64,000 nt of DNA from the NCBI GenBank assembly GCA_944372365.1, contig CALVYP010000001.1:5427-69426 (forward strand), given 5' to 3'. Position numbers and translations under genes: made by a program. Source of the DNA: an uncultured Clostridia bacterium. Its GTDB lineage: Bacteria > Bacillota > Clostridia > Christensenellales > UBA1242. The notes beneath the pieces were generated by a model. That model was not told the origin of the DNA. It did no database searches and saw nothing but the letters and a program-made list of their open reading frames with translations. Shown here one piece after another: positions 30,501 to 37,392 of the stretch (position 1 is its first letter; the number at the start of each line of letters is the position of its first letter).

Positions 30501-31710
30501 GCTCGTAGCCGTTTATCACTATACTGTCTGGCGCAACTCTGATGTTTACAGGCAGGTTAAGCTTTTGCGACACGGCAGAATCGTTGGCGCTTTCAAAGCT
30601 TTCATCGCCTATCGTATAAAACAAACTAAAATCTATGCTTGTTGAAGCCGCTTGAATTGTTGCACTTGAAAGTTGATAGGTGTAGGTTGTGTAGCCATCT
30701 GCAAAACCTTCGTCACTTTGGCTTGCAACGCTTCTAACCACGGTTAAAATCGAACTGTCTTGTGTTTTATCTTTAAAAGTTATGTAATTTTGTTGATAAT
30801 CAGTGCCAGCATTTTCAATATATGATGGAACTTTGATGGTTAAATCAACCACATCTTTGCCATTTTTGTCATTTGCAACTATTGTTATGCCTTCACTGGC
30901 ATCAACTGGCTGATTGTCAATGGAAATTTGAATTGCATTTTGCTCTAACGCTGGCAAAACTGTGAAATGTGAAAGCAGTGTTTCAACTTCAAGCGTCTGC
31001 CCGTTTTCATATCTTGCCATAAAGTTGATTTGCGTGCCTAAGCTTACAACGCTTTCGCCAAAAACATCACCGCTTTCTTTTATAAAACCAATTATATATT
31101 GATTTGTTTCTTCATCATAGGTTAATTTTGCGCTGACAAATGCATTTTGCTCGTTTATCTCGCTTTCAACTTCTGTGCGGTGGAATGTGAGATTTCGCTC
31201 GGTTGCGGTTGAATCAAACCGATACATCTGCTCGCTTGGAGTAAACAGCGAAGTATCCGTCACATATAAAAGTTGACCTTCTTTTAATGATATTGAAGAA
31301 GAATATTGCCTTACTTCAATGCTGACGTAGGCTTTTTTGCCACCTTCATTGGTTGTTGCCACAAGCGTGGTAGATCCGCCGCTTGTGCCTGTAAGCCTGA
31401 TGGTTGTGTAGTTGTCTTGCTCATCTATCACCTGCAAAGACACATGCTCGCTGGTTGCAGAGGCAACTGTGCTGTCTATCAATGCAAAACTTATGCTGCT
31501 GTCAACGCCGTCTTCTCTGTTGCCGAGCGTGAAAGTCACATCTGCACTTTCACCCGCAAAAAGTGTGACGCTGGTTTTATCTGGCGTTATTGTCATTTTG
31601 GAAGCAGCACTTTCATTGCAACCGACAAAAAAGAGGCCAGAGAGCAACAAAAGCACTCCCAGGCAAAGTATAGCAATCAACTTTTTAAAATTAAAGTTAA
31701 CTTTTTGCAT
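21511..31710 (-). CDS. Giant surface lipoprotein (3,399 aa) with an N-terminal Ig-like (Big_2-type) domain and several blocks of GLUG-motif repeats
   Basis: Uninterrupted 10.2-kb ORF. N-terminus MQKVNFNFKKLIAILCLGVLLLLSGLFFVGCNES (signal peptide and lipobox). Big_2-like ITPDKTSVTLFAGESADVTFTLG...TLVATTNEGGKKAYVSIEV. Repeated GGLIGSNEGAISN, IGGIAGYSTGSITG, GGVAGNNSGYITNS, MGGVVGVNQGTIASS and VGGFVHTNDGTIQDCYSN are GLUG-type. No LPXTG at the C-terminus. Confidence 0.9.
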   Translation of the reverse strand: MQKVNFNFKKLIAILCLGVLLLLSGLFFVGCNESAASKMTITPDKTSVTLFAGESADVTFTLGNREDGVDSSISFALIDSTVASATSEHVSLQVIDEQDNYTTIRLTGTSGGSTTLVATTNEGGKKAYVSIEVRQYSSSISLKEGQLLYVTDTSLFTPSEQMYRFDSTATERNLTFHRTEVESEINEQNAFVSAKLTYDEETNQYIIGFIKESGDVFGESVVSLGTQINFMARYENGQTLEVETLLSHFTVLPALEQNAIQISIDNQPVDASEGITIVANDKNGKDVVDLTIKVPSYIENAGTDYQQNYITFKDKTQDSSILTVVRSVASQSDEGFADGYTTYTYQLSSATIQAASTSIDFSLFYTIGDESFESANDSAVSQKLNLPVNIRVAPDSIVINGYEQGAPENNYNFYNYYDGDYGWQQFNVEVFRTDSSFDYVLMTFDNDVVVRYQDRLVSSPLRITDISQPVEIRGASAVSPTTQTKQISFEVISEYIQEDNDNVIYNVNYTISTGATAITFDDASAPYEYNENNDNSGIFLSISSQAQIFAHLVADYAFETATPVFYNGDASAIAIESVSADEMQTGDLKTIYLRVEPRRTGIVTYRIMLDNGVSKLITFRVINTFEDLSINIGGTQNDGVLSYEKVEPSIDETLGQISDEISIVMQNGTDTDENNQPITIYGKNATVQLSTSNGTDLFDSITYNFSNINLLSIVQNGASSFTLSTNTYGETVLDFSVQGVIVNQDFIKEIDTKYARATFVSTVSVSQFEMTMPVETNQGVGHIAANSVNLFIGNNITNTDLQTVTFSPVVSPSNAYGFYDPDSKLMNNSSYNQKYIYWTVDGATCFNSDGAIVDRMIYGGIYRIGQSASSYYGMFDTTTFTFTVNSNYGNEFSFTMFASLRQYGGARYFPINVRGQAYDNVTNIYTNLGQQTTFTFSPSSTSFDIAVYLNPISATDKNIVVRYISGNASEEDAQLINLSEILYSANGTTSSPDGNAVKIEKVNGNGAWLIKVNLNSAITSQESIDGTLGGTLQIIPNAWFVDEDIVSGYQNRVISLKFEYANGEKDNPFSLSTAQDVLAIGQSAAGMKAHYKIETTIDMSAYSSLLPLGGNLGGGDEVFSGSIISKSGGGIIKGLDIKNGDGNGRYGLFSQVSGEIDGVTFEGSINVSAEAIKNNNNIGLIAGMLTGTLSNITAKIYKSTISLGSTGYIGGLIGSNEGAISNMNVLFEEQMQVILPKEKDDGVSTSYIGGIAGYSTGSITGFAKADREKRFGYEAYSVYALIDVRDSQGALAGNAAAVCGYSSSLIANILAGGEIFADRAAGIVTEMTGVFVANYELDITTRVFVRGNAVGLVAVSVSALTNVESGDQFIIQSTDDGLRTGIYASMAIVYVPNANESPLPENQTQAKGQIAFWKYGSSTNQSYVSTNNLLMQSYVTRQEIDMSASIRDNYTTDQFYGDVVVVCESIYSVIDVLNFDDTSTAFSIKANESNGFYEYQLNAASGDASEDGSESGQTASGVKVINMYYFEAAGSYQGGEFTTSNLYQAQAALDPLNTLNVGDSLYPIIIEGADVAMTSASSILEISSTGQIKVKGTGLARVEISSLLNQKENEVIYFNIINYFNVQSYRITEDITDDDDNVVLEKQTGIFKIGNLTLGQNARFNVFSNAGVDVLISPSYILTTQIGDQTVEISHDGLVSMGGNLIQLAKNYSVSASVEAADPNADKILNYGAYIKSRDGLTFVKTGSSTGEEKMEDSINLSAALVAEIDGQQYSLDITTLNKVTINYYEGATDISSIKDKYVLTPSSGETDTIVITSDYSKDELVLDGSELAVVDKKGIETDLFNVKVTKAGENSLKFGLTISVDKASAAFASRREQNIYKTYYLNLVAKSNPNTVLKTIEIALHQENVDSIIVNNFPSISATDDSTFVVPGRAGVLSVTLSPIDADFNYVEITNNMINSLQGASQASFVLGTYNSADNTFTEKAGAETLPNGIRISRQVLEGIADYQGQFYLRYMFSNIDVVDGSQVAVDIKVVSDDGEYADSFDYRLYKQEFVSIDFAEYPGKTQVARGLSYDLNVQAVGYEEVIVNTTQPQLAQVVFDEQTATYQLVVTNNTIDYNSGQNVFEIQLTATRTNESGSPETVSDSLTITVLEYVINYSAVDENNQPLNQDVITGMVDGTISVAVGDRMQLSVGFEDMIEYNTANASVAALVDDFLNQLTTKGTWTLYTDLNINNEHGIAIHPIPLESKKAAKTELSVNSEIKIPYLQTSGLTLVTYRAHQANNRRYFFTFEAYYQIGSNGVYEYVSSEDSGSGKTHVSVEFNIDSDMRGSAVSPNPVTTYAEFLGMQSGGYYILLNDIEVPAQDFVPLQTQIAYFDGNNYKFIFADSQYDLGAATQGGLFGSVADGAVLKNITIQVGNEDVASVSFASSSTSSVEFGLVVGANSGSITNASVQTAENTEVFLTFTSTPASSGYYFGGVAGNNSGYITNSRVSIKAHSLVSMGGVVGVNQGTIASSAFRQGLLRCESTYNNVFVMGGLCAVNSENAKIITSYTSGDVVANKVYADGTNSMLNSSVQVGGFVHTNDGTIQDCYSNIPIITTSVSAGFAFINSSRIERSFSTSKITGDNSATNFYFAGASSGSFEDCYYIRGNNINVTLSPLSHEGVSALTYNENEGQVTTNDFANLSQYFSNYSYSNSAAYNSVWFYSDGSTSDTFKGQQFSGGRLELVSANIIATSQKQNIGTTTNAEGILIYQYVTAPNTPEDGSVFNPYVIYDAESMQTYMKTPNNVASGNYRIINDISYASLPTDFNTLHQVDLRGNLEGNGATISNIQIASSAASENAGMFASISGINNINASVMNLTIMPQEVAFTNANVVGTVAGLAQNANLYNINVLGSTAGLDATEADEVVMVTGKNIVGGVVGLTLGGFNIKNVQSLISAFATYIPKTGATIDYESNALTELSFAGGAVGYLGGRGSMSDVEISRGAVNVLGAKAGLVFGGIARSATASDVFVTINASMKINAYRYGGYIAGEIKGTLNNAYVYSYGVTGQSFTLQPYVADAIGGITGLLRNGGRISTAYMQQGFVVGNQPTAAVEINTIDSVGGLVGRVEGNNNTITQAVVAGNLVARNTLGGAVGEVAENGQISISQVAIKDISMQIEGQIATPSLGGIIGTANQNAVISISDSYNQAPVLTINTYTYSMAINARVGGIIAENTQSTRITLSNIYSISTYSISVADNTSASAAAQVAGVLVTTGTTPSYIYGGARYFAIGQKQFAGGLGDWTDRETTEIVYSQSQDGQITCGNVYNSSILGAWTNDGTFDVLACGYTNVIAKKHDLAINIYQNEFGTDLFTANKDEWGKDGGVPAPEEGIKTLYNKFVGNPLWQAYADGFSELSFERNLLI

Positions 31711-31719
31711 AAACCCCTT

Positions 31720-34452
31720 TTATTCGTTAGCGTTAGAGAATATTGATCTGATATAATCCTGAGCCACAACTTGAATCATAGTTCTGTTGGTTGGGCCGGT
31801 TATAAGAAAGGCCTGTCCAAGCCCAGCCGTAACGATTGCGTTTTGCTCTTCTTCGTTGATTCCGCCTGATTTTTTGTAAAGTTCAACAAGGTCGTTGATA
31901 TCGTTTGGCGCAAGTGAGAATATAAGCGAGTACTGGCAGGCGTTGATAACCGCAGTGGATTGACGCTGAATTTCTTCACTTCCAACAAAGTCGGCAATGT
32001 TTTGAGTGATGACAATTTGCATTCCCCAATATTTACGAATACGTTTTGCCATCTGTGCCATAAAGTCAAGCGCGATTGGATAGCGCGGGTTGATGAACAC
32101 GTGCGCTTCGTCAACCGCGATGATAATTTTACGGTTGTTTTTCTTGTCGCCTTTGTGATACTTAGCGTTAAAATCTTTGTTGTTGATGATTTCGTTGTTT
32201 AGATATCTAAACACCAAAAGCATTTGTGCGTTTGTTAAAAGCGAGTTGTTGTTTGCAATAAGCGACTGAAAGTTGAAGCAAACAAAGTTTTCGTTTGTTT
32301 CAATTGATGTCGGCCCGTTCCACAACTTGCTGTTTCTTCCGCCCGATGCAAACTTTTTGATGTATGTTTCAATGGTCATAAGATTTCGCATTGTGAAATC
32401 ATCTTTACATGTTTTAATACGCTGCAAGATAAGGCTGTATAAGTCGTCAAAGATAGGATAGTCGGTTGGTTTTAAGTCTGGAATATATGTGTTTTCGTCT
32501 ATGCCCTTTTGCTTGTAAGTGTCAACGATAAGCGAGTTTAAAAGCTCGAAGGCATCCGAACTGATTCCTTCTAAGATGCTTCTAAAAAACTGTTCCAAAA
32601 ATTGAAGATGTTGTGAATATGAATCGTTGATAACCTGTGTTTTTTTCTTCTTTTTCTTAACTTTAAAGGTTTCTGGATCGATTTCGCCTTCTTCGTCTTC
32701 ATCTTCATCGGCCTCGTCTTCATCGCCTTCATCCAAGGATGCAATCACATGGAAAGGATTGATGATTCCGTGAAGCGAAGAGCCAACGTCGATATATTTT
32801 CCGCCCAAATGCTCGGTTAACAAAGCGTATTCTTTTTCAGGGTCGAGAATGAAGATTTTCGCATTGTCTGCGGCAAGGTTTGCAAGCAAGGTTTTTGTTG
32901 CGTAACTCTTACCAGATCCCGACTTACCGATAACCATCATGTTTGAGTTGACACGAGTGTTGTCACGGGCAAAGAAGTCTACAAAAACAGGATATTCGTT
33001 GTCGCCTATGTAGATGCCATTCTCATCTTGCAGCGCACTTGAAATAAATGGGAACACTGCTGCAAGAGTTGAAGTTGGAATGCCACGACGATAGTTTTTG
33101 ATGTTGTCACGACGAGAGATGTTGCTGCTGATGAATGCGTCTTGCTGACGAGCAAACATTTCACTAAATTTAAAACCACTTTGTTTAAGCATCGCTTTAA
33201 CATCACGCTTTGCCGCATCTTCGCAGGTTATGTAGGTGTTTACATCGTAAAGCTGTTGGTTGTTGTTTTTAAGGTTTACAAGCAAATCTCTAAGCGTTTC
33301 AACGTGTGTTTCAAGCTCTATTCGGCTTGAAGAACGCCCAGTTCTATACAATTTGCTTTCCATATCCATTATCGCCTTGTCGATAGAGCGTTCGGCGTTG
33401 TATTTTGGCACTTGGTTGAACTTCATCACAACCCTTGTTCTGTCAAGCAGGAAGATTTCCGAACCCCATGCGTTGCCCACATTAAGAGGATAGTCGGTTA
33501 TTGCATATGTTCTAAACGCGTTGTCTTCAATAAAGTATCTTGCAGCTTTAAAACGAACTTGCTTTGGCCTTGCCCAGTCTATATGTTGAGCAAGCGGAAT
33601 GCTTTCAAGGTCTCTTTGATCAAACTCTCTGCCGTAGTTTGCTTTTAAGAAGATTGTCAGGTCGCTGCCATACAATCTTTTAGCACTGACTGGCGAAAGA
33701 GATGAAGCAAGTGAGTTGATCATGCCGTTTACGGTGTTTTCCAATAAATCCATGTCCTTATCAAAAACCACAACATAAAAATGATCTTTATAAACTTTGT
33801 CACGCCTGTTTAAGTTTTCCATAAACGAAACACGCTCTTCAAAGATTGGGCTTCGCGTGTCAACTTCTTTTTCTGAAACCTGCCCTTCATATTGCATCTC
33901 TAAAAGAAGTTCGTATTTTTTATTTTCATTATATATATAATTATCAAGCACCATCGCCAAGTTAAGTTTGATGATGGAACAAGTTTGATCTGGCGACAGA
34001 CGCCTTAATGCATTTGCAAAACTTTCGATAACATTATCTTGCGTGTATTCTGTAAGCAAGCCAAACAGCACCGGCTTAATTTCAATAACCTGCCCGTAAT
34101 ATGTTCCAAAGTTGATAAACCTGTCTTGATAGATGCTTTCAAAAGGAATCATCTCGCCTATGTCTGACTTTTTGCCTTTGCCAGGATCGACTGAAAACTT
34201 TTTCTTTTGAGCCATAAACCTGAACAGATATGCGCATGTTACATAAAACCTTTCTTCATCAGCAATTTTAATGAAAATTGAAAGATAAAAAATTGTAAAC
34301 ACCGCAGCCACCCAAAAATGGCCTGTAAAGTTTGACGCAAACAAAACAATGGCAATCGCTGCGCCGATTACAGCCAAAATTAAGTCTAGCCCTGTTACGC
34401 CCCTGATGAATTCAAGTTTAACTTTGGTCTTCCTTGGAATAATACGCTGCAT
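31720..34452 (-). CDS. VirB4/TrsE/ConE-family type IV secretion ATPase fused to an N-terminal PrgI/VirB3-like membrane domain
   Basis: 910 aa. N-terminus IPRKTKVKLEFIRGVTGLDLILAVIGAAIAIVLF plus a second TM helix. Walker A VIGKSGSGKSYATK, ILDPEKEY, INPFHV, Walker B IIIAVDEAHVFIN, RKYWGMQIVITQNIADF. SD AAGGAG. The stop is 9 nt from the ATG of the giant lipoprotein gene. Confidence 0.85.
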   Translation of the reverse strand: MQRIIPRKTKVKLEFIRGVTGLDLILAVIGAAIAIVLFASNFTGHFWVAAVFTIFYLSIFIKIADEERFYVTCAYLFRFMAQKKKFSVDPGKGKKSDIGEMIPFESIYQDRFINFGTYYGQVIEIKPVLFGLLTEYTQDNVIESFANALRRLSPDQTCSIIKLNLAMVLDNYIYNENKKYELLLEMQYEGQVSEKEVDTRSPIFEERVSFMENLNRRDKVYKDHFYVVVFDKDMDLLENTVNGMINSLASSLSPVSAKRLYGSDLTIFLKANYGREFDQRDLESIPLAQHIDWARPKQVRFKAARYFIEDNAFRTYAITDYPLNVGNAWGSEIFLLDRTRVVMKFNQVPKYNAERSIDKAIMDMESKLYRTGRSSSRIELETHVETLRDLLVNLKNNNQQLYDVNTYITCEDAAKRDVKAMLKQSGFKFSEMFARQQDAFISSNISRRDNIKNYRRGIPTSTLAAVFPFISSALQDENGIYIGDNEYPVFVDFFARDNTRVNSNMMVIGKSGSGKSYATKTLLANLAADNAKIFILDPEKEYALLTEHLGGKYIDVGSSLHGIINPFHVIASLDEGDEDEADEDEDEEGEIDPETFKVKKKKKKTQVINDSYSQHLQFLEQFFRSILEGISSDAFELLNSLIVDTYKQKGIDENTYIPDLKPTDYPIFDDLYSLILQRIKTCKDDFTMRNLMTIETYIKKFASGGRNSKLWNGPTSIETNENFVCFNFQSLIANNNSLLTNAQMLLVFRYLNNEIINNKDFNAKYHKGDKKNNRKIIIAVDEAHVFINPRYPIALDFMAQMAKRIRKYWGMQIVITQNIADFVGSEEIQRQSTAVINACQYSLIFSLAPNDINDLVELYKKSGGINEEEQNAIVTAGLGQAFLITGPTNRTMIQVVAQDYIRSIFSNANE

Positions 34453-34513
34453 GATATTTTTCTCCTTGTAAATATTTTACTACAAACAAGTTGAAAAATA
34501 CAAACGATTTAGC

Positions 34514-35194
34514 CTATTTGCAATTATAAAATAATATATTTAATTTATTGTGTTTTTTTGCGGTATTTAATTTTTTTTGAGTGATTATTTCAAATTTTTT
34601 TATAATTATTTCATTATTTAATCCAAAAATATCTCTCGTTGCCATTTTCCCAAGCAAACTGTTTGTTTGACTGGATATTCTATGCGGCGTTGCAACCGCC
34701 GTTTTAACCTGTGATGCAGATGCGATTGAAACAAGCTGTTGCGGCTGATCTGACAAAAATTTTTGGTTGCTTGGTTTGTTTTTTTTGCTTTTCCCTAAAA
34801 TTATCGCATGATTGCCGCATACAGCAATTTGTTTTGGTGAGAAGGTTATGTTTTGCGTCACAAATGCCACTACATTATATTTTTCAAGCAAAACCTCTTT
34901 AATTTTGCCGCAATCTACGCCATGTTGCGTAAAAACGCTTTTGCCAAGCGGATTTGATGAAAAAACTTCGCCATATTGCAAACAGCTTTGACTGTCAACA
35001 AAAAAGTTGTCGCCTGCAAGATGCATGTTTTTTGCATCAATCTCTCCTTCAATTTCGCTCTCGTCGTCAACAACGATAAAACTTTTGATTTTTGAAAGCT
35101 TTTCATCAAAAACTGCATTCAAAACATATCCCAGCAAATTTCCGCTGCCAATACAATAAACATTTTTTGAAATTATTTCGCTTAATTTTTGCAT
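34514..35194 (-). CDS. PRC-barrel-like repeat protein (tentative)
   Basis: 226 aa. LSEIISKNVYCIGSGNLLGYVLNAVFDEKLSKIKSFIVV and a second block, LGKSVFTQHGVDCGKIKEVLLEKYNVVAFV, fit the PRC-barrel (YlmC/YmxH-like) pattern. Weak call. Confidence 0.45.
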   Translation of the reverse strand: MQKLSEIISKNVYCIGSGNLLGYVLNAVFDEKLSKIKSFIVVDDESEIEGEIDAKNMHLAGDNFFVDSQSCLQYGEVFSSNPLGKSVFTQHGVDCGKIKEVLLEKYNVVAFVTQNITFSPKQIAVCGNHAIILGKSKKNKPSNQKFLSDQPQQLVSIASASQVKTAVATPHRISSQTNSLLGKMATRDIFGLNNEIIIKKFEIITQKKLNTAKKHNKLNILFYNCK

Positions 35195-35286
35195 ACCACA
35201 ACATATTAAAAATAAAAAAATATTATGTAAAAATTAAAAAAATAGACAAAAAATAACAAAAAATTCAATTTTTTTGTATTTTTTTA

Positions 35287-35315
35287 TTGACTTTTATTAA
35301 ATTATTTTTTAAAAT
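35287..35315 (+). promoter_or_regulatory. Sigma-A type promoter, leaderless architecture
   Basis: TTGACT(35287-35292)-N17-TAAAAT(35310-35315). ATG 35323 is 7 nt downstream, with no SD. Confidence 0.6.
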
Positions 35316-35322
35316 TATTTTT

Positions 35323-35541
35323 ATGAAAAAACAAAACAATAAAAATATCACAAAAAATATGACAATAAAAGCAGTTCTTGAAACCGACAGCTCGCTGGCA
35401 GATGTGCTGCTCGGATTTGGCATGCATTGCATCTACTGCCCTATGAGCCAAATGGAAACTTTGGAAGAAGCAGCCCAAGTGCATGAAATTGATGTCGACT
35501 TTTTGGTTAAAAAATTAAATCAAAACAAAAGCAGCAAATGA
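35323..35541 (+). CDS. DUF1858 / hybrid-cluster-protein-associated redox disulfide domain protein
   Basis: ITKNMTIKAVLETDSSLADVLLGFGMHCIYCPMSQMETLEEAAQVHEIDVDFLVKKLN matches the family pattern (GMHC..CP...ET.EEAA..HGID). Start moved to ATG 35323, downstream of the promoter. Confidence 0.7.
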   Translation: MKKQNNKNITKNMTIKAVLETDSSLADVLLGFGMHCIYCPMSQMETLEEAAQVHEIDVDFLVKKLNQNKSSK

Positions 35542-35554
35542 TTGCTGCTTTTTT
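35527..35554. terminator. Bidirectional intrinsic terminator
   Basis: AAAAGCAGCAA-ATGA-TTGCTGCTTTT hairpin between convergent genes. The TGA stop of the + gene sits in the loop. Confidence 0.75.
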
Positions 35555-36653
35555 AATTAAATAAATTTTGCCTTATAATTTTTTTAAGCTCGTCGATGCC
35601 TTCTTTGGTTTTTGTTGAAACAAAAATTTGATTTTCATCAAGTTTAAAACGATTTTCAAGCAAATCACATTTATTAAACACAATTATGCGATTTTTTGTT
35701 GCGCCAATATCATCAAGCACCTTGTTTGTAACGCGCATGGATTCAATGTAATATTTCTCTTTGTCATCGGTAAGCGAAGTTGCAGTTGGATCAACCACAT
35801 GCAAAATCAGATCGGCATCTTTTGCTTCTTCTAAAGTTGAGGCAAAGGCGTCAACAAGTTCGTGCGGAAGTTCGCTTATAAACCCAACTGTGTCAGTTAT
35901 CATCACAGTTTCGCCATCCAAATAAAGTTTGCGGCTTGTGGTGTCAAGCGTGGCAAAATATTCATCCTTGACAAAAACGTTCTCTTTGGTCAGCACATTT
36001 AAAAGGCTGCTTTTGCCTGCGTTTGTGTAACCGACAATTGCAACGCGCTTGATTTCATTTTTTTCACGCTCACGCCTGTTGACATTTCTTTGTTCCTTGA
36101 TTTTTGCAATCTGCTTTTTAAGAGAGTCGATCTCTTTTTCAAGCAGACGCCTGTCAAGTTCCAACTTTGTTTCGCCCGGCCCACGCATGCCAACTCCGCC
36201 GCCGCCATATCTTCCACTTGTTCCCGTAATCTGAGCAAGACGCGGAAGATTATATAAATTTTGCGCAAGCCTTACTTGCAGCTTGGCTTCATTTGTTTTT
36301 GCGCCTTTTGCAAAGATATCTAAAATCAAACCCACCCTGTCAATCACTCTTGTGCCAAAGGCGTCGCTAAGGTTTTTAATTTGCGAGCTTACAAGTTTGT
36401 AGTCTACAATCACAACATCAACAGGATGCTGTTTTAAAAACTGGCAAATTTCTTCAACTTTGCCCTTTCCTATAACCGTTGCGCGATTAAATTCTTTGAT
36501 TGTTTGCGAAAAAACGCCTTCCACCTGCAAATCGGTGGAAAGCGCCAAACGCGTGATTTCATCTATCTTTCGGTTTTTGCTTTCGCCTTTTTTTGTGAGA
36601 ACAACAACCAAAAGCGCCTTTTCTTTTGGTTTTTCTGTTGAAAATGTTTTCAT
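35553..36653 (-). CDS. hflX: GTPase HflX
   Basis: 366 aa. GPGETKLELDRR, G1 IVGYTNAGKSSLLN, G3 DTVGFI, G4 NKCD. Confidence 0.9.
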   Translation of the reverse strand: MKTFSTEKPKEKALLVVVLTKKGESKNRKIDEITRLALSTDLQVEGVFSQTIKEFNRATVIGKGKVEEICQFLKQHPVDVVIVDYKLVSSQIKNLSDAFGTRVIDRVGLILDIFAKGAKTNEAKLQVRLAQNLYNLPRLAQITGTSGRYGGGGVGMRGPGETKLELDRRLLEKEIDSLKKQIAKIKEQRNVNRREREKNEIKRVAIVGYTNAGKSSLLNVLTKENVFVKDEYFATLDTTSRKLYLDGETVMITDTVGFISELPHELVDAFASTLEEAKDADLILHVVDPTATSLTDDKEKYYIESMRVTNKVLDDIGATKNRIIVFNKCDLLENRFKLDENQIFVSTKTKEGIDELKKIIRQNLFN

Positions 36654-36659
36654 GTTTTA

Positions 36660-36668
36660 ATTATATCA
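36660..36668 (-). promoter_or_regulatory. Extended -10 promoter for hflX, leaderless architecture, embedded in the 3' end of the upstream gene
   Basis: The minus strand reads TGaTATAAT (rc of 36660-36668), then 6 nt, then ATG at 36653. The -10 box overlaps the TAA stop of the lipoprotein gene. Confidence 0.5.
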
Positions 36669-37329
36669 CATCTTTTCCGTCATCTGCAAGCACTACTGGC
36701 TGCGATGTTGAAATAATCACATTTCTGGTTTGCCCGTCTTGCGACAACACACTAAACAACCACAAAGTGCCATTGTTTTCGCCCGTAAGTTCGTCCATAA
36801 CCCTTAAATAGCATTCGCCGTGAAAATTTTCGCCGTCGCAGAGCGGCTGAATAAATGATTGCAGATGCTCGCACGCAATTTCAATCGCATCGGCCGCCGA
36901 AACACTAAACTGCTGGCAAACCAAATCTGCAACCTGATTGTCATAATAAATTTGAATGCTCTCATCGCCCATCAATCTTGTTTGCAGATCGGCAACATGC
37001 TTGCCTGTGCGATAGTTAAACTCTAAAAGCACATCGCTTTGCTTGCCATCTATAACCACTTGGCAAACTTGCGGATCGCTGCCATCTAGGCTTGCTGTGA
37101 TTAAAGCGAAATCAACTTTTTCATCGCTGACGCCGTCGTAACGATAGTTAAGTTCTCTTTGCCCAGAAGACAGCGAAACCTTCAAGTTTTGGTTGTTAGA
37201 AAAAAAATACACGCTCGTCTGCTCGCTGATGTTTCGGCTGACAAGTGATTTCATATCAGTTTGTCCACAAGCAGAGCAAACAAACAAAATTGACAAACAA
37301 AACATAGCTACAAATATTTTTTTTATCAT
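36661..37329 (-). CDS. Hypothetical lipoprotein
   Basis: Start set at ATG 37329 (SD AAGGAG): MIKKIFVAMFCLSILFVCSACGQ (lipobox CSAC). No family recognised for the mature part. Confidence 0.7.
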   Translation of the reverse strand: MIKKIFVAMFCLSILFVCSACGQTDMKSLVSRNISEQTSVYFFSNNQNLKVSLSSGQRELNYRYDGVSDEKVDFALITASLDGSDPQVCQVVIDGKQSDVLLEFNYRTGKHVADLQTRLMGDESIQIYYDNQVADLVCQQFSVSAADAIEIACEHLQSFIQPLCDGENFHGECYLRVMDELTGENNGTLWLFSVLSQDGQTRNVIISTSQPVVLADDGKDVI

Positions 37330-37376
37330 TTTTATCTCCTTTTTGTTTACTTTATGTTTGTATTTTTGCGAAAATG

Positions 37377-37385
37377 TGCTACAAT
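37377..37385 (+). promoter_or_regulatory. Extended -10 promoter for fba, leaderless architecture
   Basis: TGcTACAAT at 37377-37385. ATG 37393 is 7 nt downstream, with no SD. Confidence 0.6.
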
Positions 37386-37392
37386 TTGTCAT

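Noticed and set aside
21698-31756. Dozens of 60-170-aa ORFs antisense to or out of frame with the giant genes (also 50030-63925), rpoB/rpoC, uvrA/uvrB and the ABC genes
   Set aside because: They lie entirely inside long, well-supported ORFs on the other strand or frame. They have low-complexity or repeat-derived translations and lack SDs or promoters. They are typical shadow ORFs.
31720-34452. Calling the VirB4-like gene part of an intact integrative conjugative element
   Set aside because: No integrase, relaxase, coupling protein, VirB6-like protein, attachment-site repeats or compositional break are recognisable in the window. I annotated it only as a CDS.
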